Shown here: positions 44,300 through 54,485 of the stretch, piece after piece
How the letters are laid out: each line of letters begins with the position of its first letter
Position numbering within the stretch: position 1 is the stretch's first letter
Origin: Christensenellaceae bacterium
GTDB taxonomy: Bacteria; Bacillota; Clostridia; Christensenellales; CAG-138
DNA length: 64,000 nt
NCBI GenBank assembly: GCA_022510765.1
Contig: JAFLSU010000005.1
Span: forward strand, 7,310 to 71,309
Direction of reading: 5' to 3'
The notes under the pieces: model-generated
The model's database searches: none
Seen by the model: the letters and a program-made list of their open reading frames with translations, nothing else
Told to the model about the DNA's origin: nothing
Program-made: the position numbers and the translations under genes

Positions 44300-45087
44300 T
44301 GAGCGGCGGACTTTATAATACTCATAAGGCCGATTTTGATACTACTCTTGACTTTACTAAGCTGAAAGCCTATGGCGACACCATGAACGACGGAAAGGTT
44401 CAGTTCAGCTTTACCCTGCCCGTAAAGAACGACGAAAAGGGCATGGAGGCTGCGCGTCAGCTCGTCCGCAAGATGGGCGTTGAAGAACCCAATGTTGCCA
44501 TTGCAAAGCCCCTCGACAAGGAGTTCACCTTCTATGTCGTGTATGGCTCGGTCATCCACAGCGTGGATTACGAAAACATCCACGTTCAGACCGTCGAAGA
44601 GGAAACGATGAGCATGGAGGACACCGACGAGTACATCCGTGAGCATTTCGGACGAAAGATTGTCATGATCGGTGCTTCCACGGGTACCGATGCTCATACC
44701 GTCGGCATCGATGCGATCATGAACCGCAAAGGCTTTGCGGGGCATTACGGACTTGAGCGCTACGATATGATAGAAGCTATCAACCTTGGTGCGCAGGTTC
44801 CCAACGAGGAATTCCTCAAAAAGGCAATAGAAGTGAATGCCGATGTTTTACTCATCTCACAAACCGTCACTCAGAAGGATATACATATCCAAAACATGAC
44901 TGAATTCATCGAGCTGCTCGAAGCTGAGGGGCTGCGCGACCGCTTTGTTGTATGCTGCGGCGGCCCTCGTATCACCCATGAGCTTGCCAAGGAACTCGGT
45001 TTCGATGCCGGCTTCGGTGCAGGAAAATATGCTGATGATGTAGCAACTTTTGCCGTGACGGAAATGTTTAAGCGCGGCATGAAATAA
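44299..45087 (+). CDS. kamE: beta-lysine (D-lysine) 5,6-aminomutase beta subunit (B12-binding)
   Basis: 262 aa. DxHxxG cobalamin motif (GTDAHTVGIDA). The start overlaps the kamD stop (TAATG). Confidence 0.85.
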   Translation: MSGGLYNTHKADFDTTLDFTKLKAYGDTMNDGKVQFSFTLPVKNDEKGMEAARQLVRKMGVEEPNVAIAKPLDKEFTFYVVYGSVIHSVDYENIHVQTVEEETMSMEDTDEYIREHFGRKIVMIGASTGTDAHTVGIDAIMNRKGFAGHYGLERYDMIEAINLGAQVPNEEFLKKAIEVNADVLLISQTVTQKDIHIQNMTEFIELLEAEGLRDRFVVCCGGPRITHELAKELGFDAGFGAGKYADDVATFAVTEMFKRGMK

Positions 45088-45146
45088 AACTAAAGCGTAT
45101 CACATTATAATCAAATTATAATAGTGAAACGAACTGCCTATCATTC

Positions 45147-45191
45147 GGGGAGATGCAAAAAAGCAATGCTTTAAACATTCTCCCCTGTTTT
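45147..45191 (+). terminator. terminator after kamE
   Basis: GGGGAGATG ... CATTCTCCCC followed by TGTTTT. Confidence 0.5.
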
Positions 45192-45216
45192 AATGATCGG
45201 ACGAACAGGAGCCTCT

Positions 45217-45675
45217 ATGTCAAGAAGTGAAAAAGCGATCATCACTACCATGTGTATGATCTATGATGAAAATGATAATATCCTTGTTCAGGACAGGGTC
45301 AACCCGAATTGGCCCGGTATCACCTTCCCCGGCGGACATGTGGAACATGGCGAATCCTTTGTCGAATCCGTGATACGCGAAGTATACGAAGAGACCGGGC
45401 TTACCATCATGAATCCGATGCTTTGTGGAGTGAAACAGTTTATGACAAGGGATGACGAGAGATATATCGTACTTTTCTTTAAGACGAATTCCTTTAGCGG
45501 TGAGTTAAAGTCGTCCGATGAGGGCGAGGTATTCTTCATAAAAAGGAAAGACCTTGAAAACTACACCCTTGCAAATGACTTTGCTGACATGGTGAAGGTC
45601 TTTGAATCCGATGAGCTGAGCGAATTCTATTATTATCGTGATGCGAATGGCGATTGGAAGATAAAGCTGCTTTAA
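45217..45675 (+). CDS. NUDIX hydrolase
   Basis: Nudix box GGHVEHGESFVESVIREVYEETGL. Start MSRSEKAII within track ORF 45193..45675. Confidence 0.85.
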   Translation: MSRSEKAIITTMCMIYDENDNILVQDRVNPNWPGITFPGGHVEHGESFVESVIREVYEETGLTIMNPMLCGVKQFMTRDDERYIVLFFKTNSFSGELKSSDEGEVFFIKRKDLENYTLANDFADMVKVFESDELSEFYYYRDANGDWKIKLL

Positions 45676-45769
45676 TAAAAGTTAATTTTCAAATTATATT
45701 ATCATATTTTCATTGACACAATCATTACAATGTGGTAATATAATAATATTGGACATAGGAGGTTTAAAT

Positions 45770-46924
45770 ATGTACAAGAAATTATTATCATTTTCTCTGG
45801 TTCTTGTTGTTCTTTTTACAACATTTTCCACCTCCGTGCTACATGCACAATCGACTGAAGACATTATTAACAGTATTCCAATTGTCGAATTTCAGCTCAA
45901 ACCTGAAACAAAAAGCTCACTTAACCTCTCGGAATATGATGATGCGAAAGTCATCTTGGTAACCAAAGAAACCGCATATTCAGCAAAGCGTGATACTCTT
46001 GTGTCTCTGGTTCGTGCCGATAATACGGTTTTCTTTAAAGACATGCTTCCTGAGGAGGTCAAAGAAATAACAGGGCTTGATTTCCTTGTTGAAGACTACG
46101 ATAATGAGCTGAATGTTGAACAAGACGAAATCAATCTTGGCACTTCCCTTACCATGGTTGACGATGTTTATCAATGCATACATAGTACAATTGTATCGGC
46201 TCAAGAATGCGCTGAGCCATGCGAAGAATGTGGAGCAGTGGGTGATTCTAATGCTTATGAACTTATAGTTGAAGCGTCTGATTATGATTATGCAGCTCGT
46301 TCAGCATATGCAAATGCAAAGATTTTCGAGTTAAGCGAACCTAAAGGTTTTCCTCCGCTTGCTGATTATATCTATGCACGTTCAATTACAGTTAAGTATG
46401 GTTTGTTAACTCTTGGTCAAGTTGGCTACACTCTGAACATTTATCGAAGAGGAAAAGCTACTATCAATGATGTCCAAAGAAAAGTATATGACTGCATTGC
46501 AAGCGTTTATTCTTCCCCGAAGTCAATATATAGAGTTACTTATGAACAGTGTTCTCTAGGCGTTATTAATTCATCCAAACATGCATTTTTGGATCAATCA
46601 CAAATAAAAAGTCAAGGCATCAGCGCGACCGTCAACTGCAGTCTTTCAAACGGGGTCGATGGAGTATCCTGGAAATTTGATCTAAGTTCATTTTTTGCTA
46701 CTAACAACTTTAGTTCGTCAAAGGAAAAGATGTGGAAGATTGTACCTGTATTTCCTGGTAACGGTGACAGTTGGGGCTTTCAACCCGGCGTAAGGTGTTA
46801 CGCTGTTTCAAGCAGCTCGAGCACTGGCAAGATCATAATAAATGTAACTGGTTTGTTTTCTAACTGTTCGATGCTGGTTCACCATTTAGGTAAAATCACT
46901 GGAATTTTTGGCTTTTCAATCTAG
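45770..46924 (+). CDS. secreted hypothetical protein (AT-rich gene)
   Basis: Start MYKKLLSFSLVLVVLFTTFSTSVLHAQS (signal peptide) at 45770 after GGAGG. 384 aa with no recognisable motif. Cys cluster CAEPCEEC. Confidence 0.6.
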   Translation: MYKKLLSFSLVLVVLFTTFSTSVLHAQSTEDIINSIPIVEFQLKPETKSSLNLSEYDDAKVILVTKETAYSAKRDTLVSLVRADNTVFFKDMLPEEVKEITGLDFLVEDYDNELNVEQDEINLGTSLTMVDDVYQCIHSTIVSAQECAEPCEECGAVGDSNAYELIVEASDYDYAARSAYANAKIFELSEPKGFPPLADYIYARSITVKYGLLTLGQVGYTLNIYRRGKATINDVQRKVYDCIASVYSSPKSIYRVTYEQCSLGVINSSKHAFLDQSQIKSQGISATVNCSLSNGVDGVSWKFDLSSFFATNNFSSSKEKMWKIVPVFPGNGDSWGFQPGVRCYAVSSSSSTGKIIINVTGLFSNCSMLVHHLGKITGIFGFSI

Positions 46925-46953
46925 TAAGGTAAGTATTTAAGAGGTGTTGATAT

Positions 46954-47463
46954 ATGAAAACAGGTAAGATTTCTATCGGTGCAGTAGTCGCTATCACGCT
47001 GTTAAGCATTGCAGTAGTCATTTTAGGAAGTTACACTGTAGCGGCCTACTTTGGCGATCAGCTTACTCCCAAAAAGGTCTATCCGTATAATGTGCTGTAT
47101 GATCCGTACGCAAGAAAAGCTGAACTTTTTGAGTATGTTCAGGATACCCGCTACGATCTCATCGTGCTGTCTGAAAGGCAAGCGCTCGATTTGCAGGAAT
47201 CTGCCATGGACCTTTTAACTGACGGTAGTCTCGTGCTGTTCCTTGGTATGACCCCAGATACCGTTGCTGAGTCCTGCGGGATTGATCGTTGGTCCTTTGG
47301 TGATGATGGTCTTTTTGATGCCGTTGGTCTTTCCATTGAGCCAAATGGAGCTTTTCATCATTGGGAATTTCAGGGGGAGTATACGTCCGGCGATATGAAG
47401 CCCGAAACCGTTGAAAGGATAATCGAGAACGTCAAAGAGTGCATGCAAAGGAATGGATTTTAA
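46954..47463 (+). CDS. membrane-anchored hypothetical protein
   Basis: 169 aa, with one N-terminal TM segment (ISIGAVVAITLLSIAVVILG). AGAGGTG RBS. Confidence 0.55.
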   Translation: MKTGKISIGAVVAITLLSIAVVILGSYTVAAYFGDQLTPKKVYPYNVLYDPYARKAELFEYVQDTRYDLIVLSERQALDLQESAMDLLTDGSLVLFLGMTPDTVAESCGIDRWSFGDDGLFDAVGLSIEPNGAFHHWEFQGEYTSGDMKPETVERIIENVKECMQRNGF

Positions 47464-47494
47464 GACAAGATTCCTATCCCTATGGCCTTAAACA

Positions 47495-47520
47495 AAAGCC
47501 GCCCGCAGGGCGGTTTTTTC
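47495..47520. terminator. intrinsic terminator between convergent genes
   Basis: AAAAGCCGCCC-gca-GGGCGGTTTTTT. Confidence 0.7.
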
Positions 47521-47557
47521 TATTATTGTCGCCTGAAAATTATAGCTTTTTTAGAAT

Positions 47558-49180
47558 CTAAACCCCTCTTAATAATCTAATCGAGCGATACAGCCTCTCG
47601 GCGGCCTTATCAAGGAGTGCCTCCGCGTTTTCAATTGCTTCCTTCGCCGTCATCGGCGAATCGACGCATGTGTATAGCCCCACATTCTCAATGTTGAAGA
47701 TATTCTCATAGCCTTTGCCAAGGCATCCAGCAATCACGAAAGTTGGTACGCCCTTCGCCTTTGCATGGCTTACCACCGTTCCTACCGCCTTACCACAGCA
47801 GGCCGAGGTCTCGTCAAGCATACCTTCACCGGTTATTACAATGTCCGCATCAGAAAGCAGGGAATTAAAATGTACCGCCTCAAGCACCGCTTCCGCGCCG
47901 CTCGTAAGCCTTGCCCCCGCAATCACCGCAAGCATCGCGCCCATGCCTCCGGCCGCGCCGCTGCCGGGTTCGGAGCAGATGGATCGCCCTGCATGCGCGT
48001 CATATATGCGTTCGATCCTTTTCATCCCGACTTCAAGCTGCTTGAGCATACCATCGTCAGCACCCTTCTGCGTACCGTAGGTGTACGTTGCGCCATTTTT
48101 GCCCGTCAAAGGATTCTCAACATCGCACATCACAATTATATCGCAATTCCGCAGTCTGGGATGAAGGCCTGATAAGTCCATACTCTCCACCCTGAGCAGG
48201 TCGGAACCCATGCCCGAAAGCTCGTTCCCATCCGAGTCAAAAAACTTAGCTCCGAGTGCTATCGCCGCACCCATGCCGCCATCGTTGGTTGCCGAGCCAC
48301 CGATGCCGATCAGGATACGCTTCATTCCCTCGTTAAGGGCGCGAACAATCAATTCCCCCGTGCCCCGGCTAGTGGCATTGAGGGGATCGCGTTCGCCATC
48401 GGGCACCAGTGCAAGTCCCGAGGCGGAAGCCATTTCGATTATGGCGGTGTCACCTCCGATAACTCCGTATTCCGCACGGACCGTTCCGCCGTTCGGAGCG
48501 GTAACATTCGTGCTTCTGAGAATCCCATCAAAGGAGCGCACAAGCGCATTTACAGTGCCATCCCCGCCATCCGCAATCGGTACGGGAATTACTCTACAGT
48601 CCGGCATTATCCTTCGGGCGGCATTGGTAAGCAGCCTTACAACCGTATCCGCGCTCATGCTTCCCTTAAATTTATCGGGCGCAAGCAGTATCGTAAGCCC
48701 CTTGCCCTCGGATACGCTCATCTTATTTTCGCGCTTACTCATTACGCGAATGCCTAAATCTACTTCTCCGCCCATCAAAGTACCATCCTCATTGAACTCT
48801 CCAAAGTAGGTCAGCCCCTCTACCCTACGTAGTACATTTGTCTGTATGTACGGTCGGTAGCTTGCAAGCATACCCCGGATTCGAGCATCGCTATCAAATT
48901 TTAAAAAAAGTTTACGGGTCTTCTTTACTCCTCCATTCATGAACACAACGGTATAAATGCTCTCGGAATCGCTGTCATCAAGCTTAAAATACCCGCCATA
49001 GAGCTTTAGTCCACTCACATCCTTTGCGTATAGAACAGAAAAAAGTTGCGTCAGTAGCTCCGTGCGGCATGGTTCCTCCGAATAGGCATCTGTGCCATCA
49101 TTGTGGTCATCCGTTTTCCCGATGATTCCCGCGTCAAATGTTTCAAAGCGTATGCCAAGTCCAAACCTTAATACTTCCAT
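47558..49180 (-). CDS. glycerate kinase with about 150-aa N-terminal extension of unknown function
   Basis: The C-terminal roughly 380 aa are glycerate kinase (LLAPDKFKGSMSA..., PIADGGDGTV, GGSATNDGG, ITGEGMLD). The preceding 150 codons are in the same frame with no stop. GTGAGG RBS before ATG 49180. Confidence 0.8.
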   Translation of the reverse strand: MEVLRFGLGIRFETFDAGIIGKTDDHNDGTDAYSEEPCRTELLTQLFSVLYAKDVSGLKLYGGYFKLDDSDSESIYTVVFMNGGVKKTRKLFLKFDSDARIRGMLASYRPYIQTNVLRRVEGLTYFGEFNEDGTLMGGEVDLGIRVMSKRENKMSVSEGKGLTILLAPDKFKGSMSADTVVRLLTNAARRIMPDCRVIPVPIADGGDGTVNALVRSFDGILRSTNVTAPNGGTVRAEYGVIGGDTAIIEMASASGLALVPDGERDPLNATSRGTGELIVRALNEGMKRILIGIGGSATNDGGMGAAIALGAKFFDSDGNELSGMGSDLLRVESMDLSGLHPRLRNCDIIVMCDVENPLTGKNGATYTYGTQKGADDGMLKQLEVGMKRIERIYDAHAGRSICSEPGSGAAGGMGAMLAVIAGARLTSGAEAVLEAVHFNSLLSDADIVITGEGMLDETSACCGKAVGTVVSHAKAKGVPTFVIAGCLGKGYENIFNIENVGLYTCVDSPMTAKEAIENAEALLDKAAERLYRSIRLLRGV

Positions 49181-49213
49181 CTAATGCCTCACGATTACTT
49201 TGTATAGAGAATT

Positions 49214-51655
49214 TTATGTGCCATTTAACGCATCTTCCTTAAACAACAGCTTCCCGTCCGTAAACAGGCAGCGATAGGCGATTCCCTTGACTATCTCACC
49301 CGTAAGCAGCTTTTCACCTATCCGATCCTCTATGGCAGCAGCAATGTGCCGTCTAAGCGGCCTTGCACCTTCCGTTGTTGATTCCTTATGCGCTACGGAA
49401 TCGCATACACCTCGAACGATGGTTTCGTCAAAGCGAACGTGTACACCGTTACTTTTAAGATGCTTTTCAAGCTCTTTAAGCAGCCCCCTGCATATGGAAT
49501 CATATGCTTCCCTGTCAAGCGCACCAAGCTCGGCAATGCAGTCCACGGATGAGACTATTTCAGCGGGAATCATTTTTTTGAGAGTGGCGTCTAATCGGTC
49601 AACCGAACTGCGTTCCCCTTCCCTGCTTGAAAAACCCGCTCGTCTATGGGATTCCGCTTCATCCATTCCAACCGTAAAAATCACGATAGCGTTGCGAAAA
49701 CTTATGCTGCGTCCCCTTGCGTCGGTCAGGCTGCCATCGCATATTATCCTTCCAAGGAGTGAACAAACATCAAAGTGTGCATGCTGAAAATCATCGAATA
49801 GCACCACCGCATATGGCTTTCTGCGAACCGCCTCGGTAAGCCTGCCGCCCTCATCGGAATCCTTGTAGCCCGCGGGCGTGCCAATCAATCTGTTTACGGA
49901 GGATGAATTAAAATACTCCGCCATATCGAAACGAATCAACGCATCCTCACCCGGGAACAGTTCTTCCGAGAGCGCATGCGCAAGCTCCGTTTTGCCCACT
50001 CCTGATGATCCTGCAATCAATATTGAGCAAAGCGGCCCATTGCCCGATGAAATACCCGCGTAGCCCTTTCGAACAGCACGTGCTATATCATTAATTGCCA
50101 GATCCTGCCCGAAAATACGCTTTTTAAGCTCCGTTTCAAGCCCGCTCAATCGCTCGGAGTGGGATTTTACGAGGCTGTCCATCGGTATACCGGTTAAATC
50201 ATGAACGACGGACGCGACAGAATTTACATCCACCGTAATTTTGGCATTTTCAAAGGAAAACTGCATCTCCCTTTCTTTTATCCTTAACTCCGCAGCGCGC
50301 TCAAAATCACTCGAATTCACTGCGTCTTCTATCTCCGTGCGAAGCCGATCCAACTCCCCTGCGTTTCCCTTCCCAGCGCCAAGGCGTGCTTTCGATGCAG
50401 CTTCATCCATTAGGTCTATCGCCTTATCCGGAAGGAATCTGTCTGGCAGACAGCGAATGGACATTTCCACGCAGGCATTAACCGCATCATCGCCAATGAA
50501 TACATTGTGATGCGCTTCATAGCGCGATTTCAGTCCTTGCAGAATCGCAATAGCCTCATCGCGGGAGGGCTCGTTTACGATTATCGGAGAAAATCTGCGC
50601 TCGAGTGCCGCATCCTTTTCTATATAGCGCCGATACTCATCGAGCGTGGTCGCACCGATGACTCGCAGTCCCCTTCTTGCGAGAGCGGGCTTCATTATGT
50701 TTGCCGCGTCGATGCTGCCCTCCCCCGCACCTGCGCCGATGATGGTATGAATTTCATCGATGAACAGGATAATATCCTCAGTAGATTCGTCAAGCACTGC
50801 CTTCAATCGTTCTTCGAACTCACCTCGGAACTTGGTTCCCGCCAGCATCGCGCCTAAATCGAGCCTCACAACGCGAGCGGTTTTAAGTTCCTCCGGCACC
50901 TTACCGCAGGAAATGCGGGCAGCGAAACCCTCAACGATCGCGGATTTTCCGACTCCCGGATTTCCAATAAGAACGGGATTGTTTTTCCCGCGTCTCAGCA
51001 AAGTTTGTATTAGCCGGTTAAGCTCATTTTCGCACCCGATCAGCGGGTCAAGCTTGCCCGACCGAGCAAGAGCGGTCAAATCGGATGTGTATGTATCAAT
51101 TATCGGCGTTGCAGAATGCACTCCCGAACGTTTTTGATCGGATTGCTTTAATTCATTTACAAATTGAATTGATTGCAGGGATTGCTCGGGCTGCACCGGC
51201 CGCGCGGATTGCATGGATGACGGCAAGTCAAGCCTGCCATAAAGATACTGCTTCATTGAGACCGTATCGGCATCCGCCATCTCCAAAATTTTGGACGCGA
51301 AACAGTCGCTTTCGCGTAAAATAGCAAGCAGAATATGCTTTGTATCGATCAGGTTTTCCGAAAAGGATTTAGCTTCATACAGTGCAAGCTCAAGAATGCG
51401 TTTTGCGGACGGGGTATATCCGAGGCTGTCCGTAAACCTATGCCTCCCGCCGCCCACAAGCGTATCGATATACGGAAGCACGACATCCTCCGTAACGCCG
51501 AATTGCACAAGCGCATCTGCCGCCGATCCTTCACCTCGAATAAGCCCCAGCAGGACATGCTCAGAGCCAATGAATCCGTGTTTTAGCTCCTCTGCGGCAT
51601 CCTTAGCAAGCCGCAAGGCGTTTTCAGCTTGCTTATTGTATCTATCAAAGCTCAT
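49214..51655 (-). CDS. clpC: ATP-dependent Clp protease ATP-binding subunit ClpC-type
   Basis: 813 aa. Clp_N repeats and two AAA+ modules (GNPGVGKS, GSSGVGKTE), with a UVR-like linker (FERAAELRIKE). Confidence 0.9.
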   Translation of the reverse strand: MSFDRYNKQAENALRLAKDAAEELKHGFIGSEHVLLGLIRGEGSAADALVQFGVTEDVVLPYIDTLVGGGRHRFTDSLGYTPSAKRILELALYEAKSFSENLIDTKHILLAILRESDCFASKILEMADADTVSMKQYLYGRLDLPSSMQSARPVQPEQSLQSIQFVNELKQSDQKRSGVHSATPIIDTYTSDLTALARSGKLDPLIGCENELNRLIQTLLRRGKNNPVLIGNPGVGKSAIVEGFAARISCGKVPEELKTARVVRLDLGAMLAGTKFRGEFEERLKAVLDESTEDIILFIDEIHTIIGAGAGEGSIDAANIMKPALARRGLRVIGATTLDEYRRYIEKDAALERRFSPIIVNEPSRDEAIAILQGLKSRYEAHHNVFIGDDAVNACVEMSIRCLPDRFLPDKAIDLMDEAASKARLGAGKGNAGELDRLRTEIEDAVNSSDFERAAELRIKEREMQFSFENAKITVDVNSVASVVHDLTGIPMDSLVKSHSERLSGLETELKKRIFGQDLAINDIARAVRKGYAGISSGNGPLCSILIAGSSGVGKTELAHALSEELFPGEDALIRFDMAEYFNSSSVNRLIGTPAGYKDSDEGGRLTEAVRRKPYAVVLFDDFQHAHFDVCSLLGRIICDGSLTDARGRSISFRNAIVIFTVGMDEAESHRRAGFSSREGERSSVDRLDATLKKMIPAEIVSSVDCIAELGALDREAYDSICRGLLKELEKHLKSNGVHVRFDETIVRGVCDSVAHKESTTEGARPLRRHIAAAIEDRIGEKLLTGEIVKGIAYRCLFTDGKLLFKEDALNGT

Positions 51656-51712
51656 TTAATTTTCAAGACCTATTCATCATTTTTAATGCCATCCGATTTA
51701 AGCAGTGATTTG

Positions 51713-52921
51713 CTAAACACGAACGAATTTACCTTTTTCACTAATTCTATCGTATTGGCGTTTTTCTTTGATCGGGCGGCGCATATATACGTTCAGCACG
51801 ATGCCCACGCCTATCAGATTCGTAAGCATATTTGATCCTCCGTAGCTTATAAACGGCAGGGGTATTCCCGTAACGGGCATTAATCCCATGGTCATACCGA
51901 TATTCTCGAACACATGCGCTGTCAGCATTGCGACAACGCCCGCGACGAGGCATGTCCCAAAGTTGTCGCGCGCCCTGATTGCAATATACATCCAGCGGAA
52001 TATGAGCGCAAAGAATGCAATGATAAGTATCGCTCCGCCAATAAAGCCAACCGCCTCGGCTATGCCGCTGAATATGAAGTCGGTATGCCTTGCAGGAATG
52101 TATCTGAGCTGCGCAAGCGTTTCCTCTCCGAAAAAGCCCTTTCCGAACAACTGCCCCGAGCCTATAGCCATTTGCGATTGCTGCACATGGTATTTTGCAT
52201 CGGAGCTCGCGAGCTCCGGGTTCAGGAATACATCAATCCTATTGCGCTGCTTACCCGTCAGTATGAAGAAGTACGCAATCGGAAGTCCCCCTCCTCCCAT
52301 AATGGCGGCGAGTATTATGTAAATCCATTTTATCCTTGCGATGAAAAAGATCACGAACATGATCACGAGCAATACTATCGCAGTTCCGTAATCGGGTTGG
52401 AGTACAATAAGTATGAACGGAAGCAACGTAATGCCGAGTGCGAGCAAGACGTCCTTGAATTTGAGCAAGCGCCCGTCCTTGTCCATTGCGGCGGACACGA
52501 ACCTCGAAAGCAGGATTATCAAGGCGATCTTACATAGCTCACCTGGCTGTATCGCCCTCTCTATCGAATCGAATACGAACCAGCCCTGAGCGCCTCCTCG
52601 AACCTTACCAAATACGAACAGCAGCAGAAGCAGTCCAATTATTCCACCGTAGATCCATATCGATAACGTCCTTAGAATGCTGTAATCGAACACCATCACG
52701 AGCAGCATTGCCGCCGCGCCTATCAAAAAATTCGTGATATGCTTTTGCAGGTACTCCATATTGAATTTACTGAAATAATCGGAAAGACCCTGCTCCGTTC
52801 CGTCAAATGGCGCAGCCATGACCGAGGCAAGCGCAATCGTACCGAAAGCGACAAGACCCAGCACCAATATTACCGTGAACCAGTCAATATGTTTAAAATA
52901 CTTTTTATCAAAAAGGCTCAT
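51713..52921 (-). CDS. rodA: FtsW/RodA/SpoVE-family peptidoglycan glycosyltransferase
   Basis: Start MSLFDKKYFKHIDWF at 52921. About 10 TM segments. Motifs QPGELCK, DYGTA, HTDFIFS and PFISYGGS. Confidence 0.85.
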   Translation of the reverse strand: MSLFDKKYFKHIDWFTVILVLGLVAFGTIALASVMAAPFDGTEQGLSDYFSKFNMEYLQKHITNFLIGAAAMLLVMVFDYSILRTLSIWIYGGIIGLLLLLFVFGKVRGGAQGWFVFDSIERAIQPGELCKIALIILLSRFVSAAMDKDGRLLKFKDVLLALGITLLPFILIVLQPDYGTAIVLLVIMFVIFFIARIKWIYIILAAIMGGGGLPIAYFFILTGKQRNRIDVFLNPELASSDAKYHVQQSQMAIGSGQLFGKGFFGEETLAQLRYIPARHTDFIFSGIAEAVGFIGGAILIIAFFALIFRWMYIAIRARDNFGTCLVAGVVAMLTAHVFENIGMTMGLMPVTGIPLPFISYGGSNMLTNLIGVGIVLNVYMRRPIKEKRQYDRISEKGKFVRV

Positions 52922-52980
52922 TAAATCGTTCGTGCGGGGTACGGACAAAAAACCGGGCAAACCCCGCACCTACCCCTGAG

Positions 52981-54408
52981 TTAAATTATATATTTTTCTT
53001 CCTTTTTTGCGGAGTTTTGAAGCTCACGCAGCTTTTCCTCATAGCCTGCCTTACCAAGCAAAGCGTAGGTTGCGTTCTTTCCCTCCTCAACGCCCGGTTG
53101 GTCGAACGCGTCGATGCCGAGGAGCTCACCCGCAAATGCTGTCTGTAGCTCGAAAAGCATTATTAGCTGCCCTATGGTGAATTCGTTGACGATGGGCAGC
53201 ATGATGGTTTTATTCATATGCCCGCTGACGGTGACGGCATGTTCGGTTGCTATGCGCTCCGCCTGAATCAGCTCATTAAGCGTATGTCCCGACAAAAACG
53301 CTACGTTCGGAATATCGTCAAAGGCATGGGGAATTTCAAAATCAACACGATACTTATCCACCCCTATGAAGGTGATGGTCTTATCAAACGGGCCATCGGT
53401 ATAGATCTGCACCTGTGAATGCTGATCCGTAACGCCAAGCGCCTTTACCGGGGTCTGTCCAAAGTGAAGCATCGAATCACCGGAAAGCTTTTTCTTTCCG
53501 AGCGACTCCGCCCAAAGCTGCGCGTACCAATCCGCCATGAACTTGAGCGAATCGGCGTAGGGCATGAGCACGCTGATATTTGCTCCGTGCCTCTCCATTG
53601 CGAGCACCTCGAGCACGGCAAGCATCAAAGCGGGATTTTTATGAAGCTCATCGGTTGAGCAAAGCTCATCCATATACTCCGCCCCCGCAAGCATCGCACG
53701 AATATCGGCTCCGCATACTGCGGCTGCGATCAGACCCACGGGGCAAAGCTCCGAAAATCTTCCGCCTACGCCGTCGGGTACGATAAAGGTGCGAAGGTTA
53801 TATCGTTTTGCGATTATGATGAGATTCCCTTTTTCCTTATCCGTAGTCGCTATGAGGTGATCTCTAAGGCCGTCCTCACCAAATCTGTCGATTAGCAGCC
53901 TTGTAATGATGAGAAGCTGTGCCATGGTTTCGCTCGTGCTTCCGGATTTGGTTATGACATTGAAGATAGTTTTATCAAGATCGATAACATCCAAAAGTGC
54001 CGCCATGCGCTCGGGATCGACATTATCCTCCACATACAGGCGCGGAACCTTGCGTTCATCCTTCGACAGTGCGTTATGATGCTGATGGCGCAACGCCTGA
54101 TGCACCGCAATGGGGCCGAGCGCGCTGCCGCCTATCCCGAGAACCACGAAATTATCACAGTTGTTCCGCACAAACTCGGCTGTTTCCTCGATCTCGTCTA
54201 CAATATCAAGCTGAGTTTTGTACAGGTCACGCCAGCGCATCGCGTCGCGCTTTGCGTTCACTCCGTCGAATGCCGCCTGCATACGCTCCTGCATATCGGC
54301 AATCTCTTCTGGATCTATCCCATGCTCGCCCACGGCTTGAGTGAGCATGTTGTTGTAGTCGATACGTACGCGCATATCATGACGATATTCCTTGGAATAA
54401 GTTGACAT
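52981..54408 (-). CDS. pgi: glucose-6-phosphate isomerase
   Basis: 475 aa, with SIS domains (GIGGSALGP, ITKSGSTSET). Confidence 0.9.
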   Translation of the reverse strand: MSTYSKEYRHDMRVRIDYNNMLTQAVGEHGIDPEEIADMQERMQAAFDGVNAKRDAMRWRDLYKTQLDIVDEIEETAEFVRNNCDNFVVLGIGGSALGPIAVHQALRHQHHNALSKDERKVPRLYVEDNVDPERMAALLDVIDLDKTIFNVITKSGSTSETMAQLLIITRLLIDRFGEDGLRDHLIATTDKEKGNLIIIAKRYNLRTFIVPDGVGGRFSELCPVGLIAAAVCGADIRAMLAGAEYMDELCSTDELHKNPALMLAVLEVLAMERHGANISVLMPYADSLKFMADWYAQLWAESLGKKKLSGDSMLHFGQTPVKALGVTDQHSQVQIYTDGPFDKTITFIGVDKYRVDFEIPHAFDDIPNVAFLSGHTLNELIQAERIATEHAVTVSGHMNKTIMLPIVNEFTIGQLIMLFELQTAFAGELLGIDAFDQPGVEEGKNATYALLGKAGYEEKLRELQNSAKKEEKYII

Positions 54409-54485
54409 AGCACTTAACCTCTCTTTGCATTATAATGCTTTATTATACCACATAATGAATGACTATGCTCATGGAGTTTATGGCA

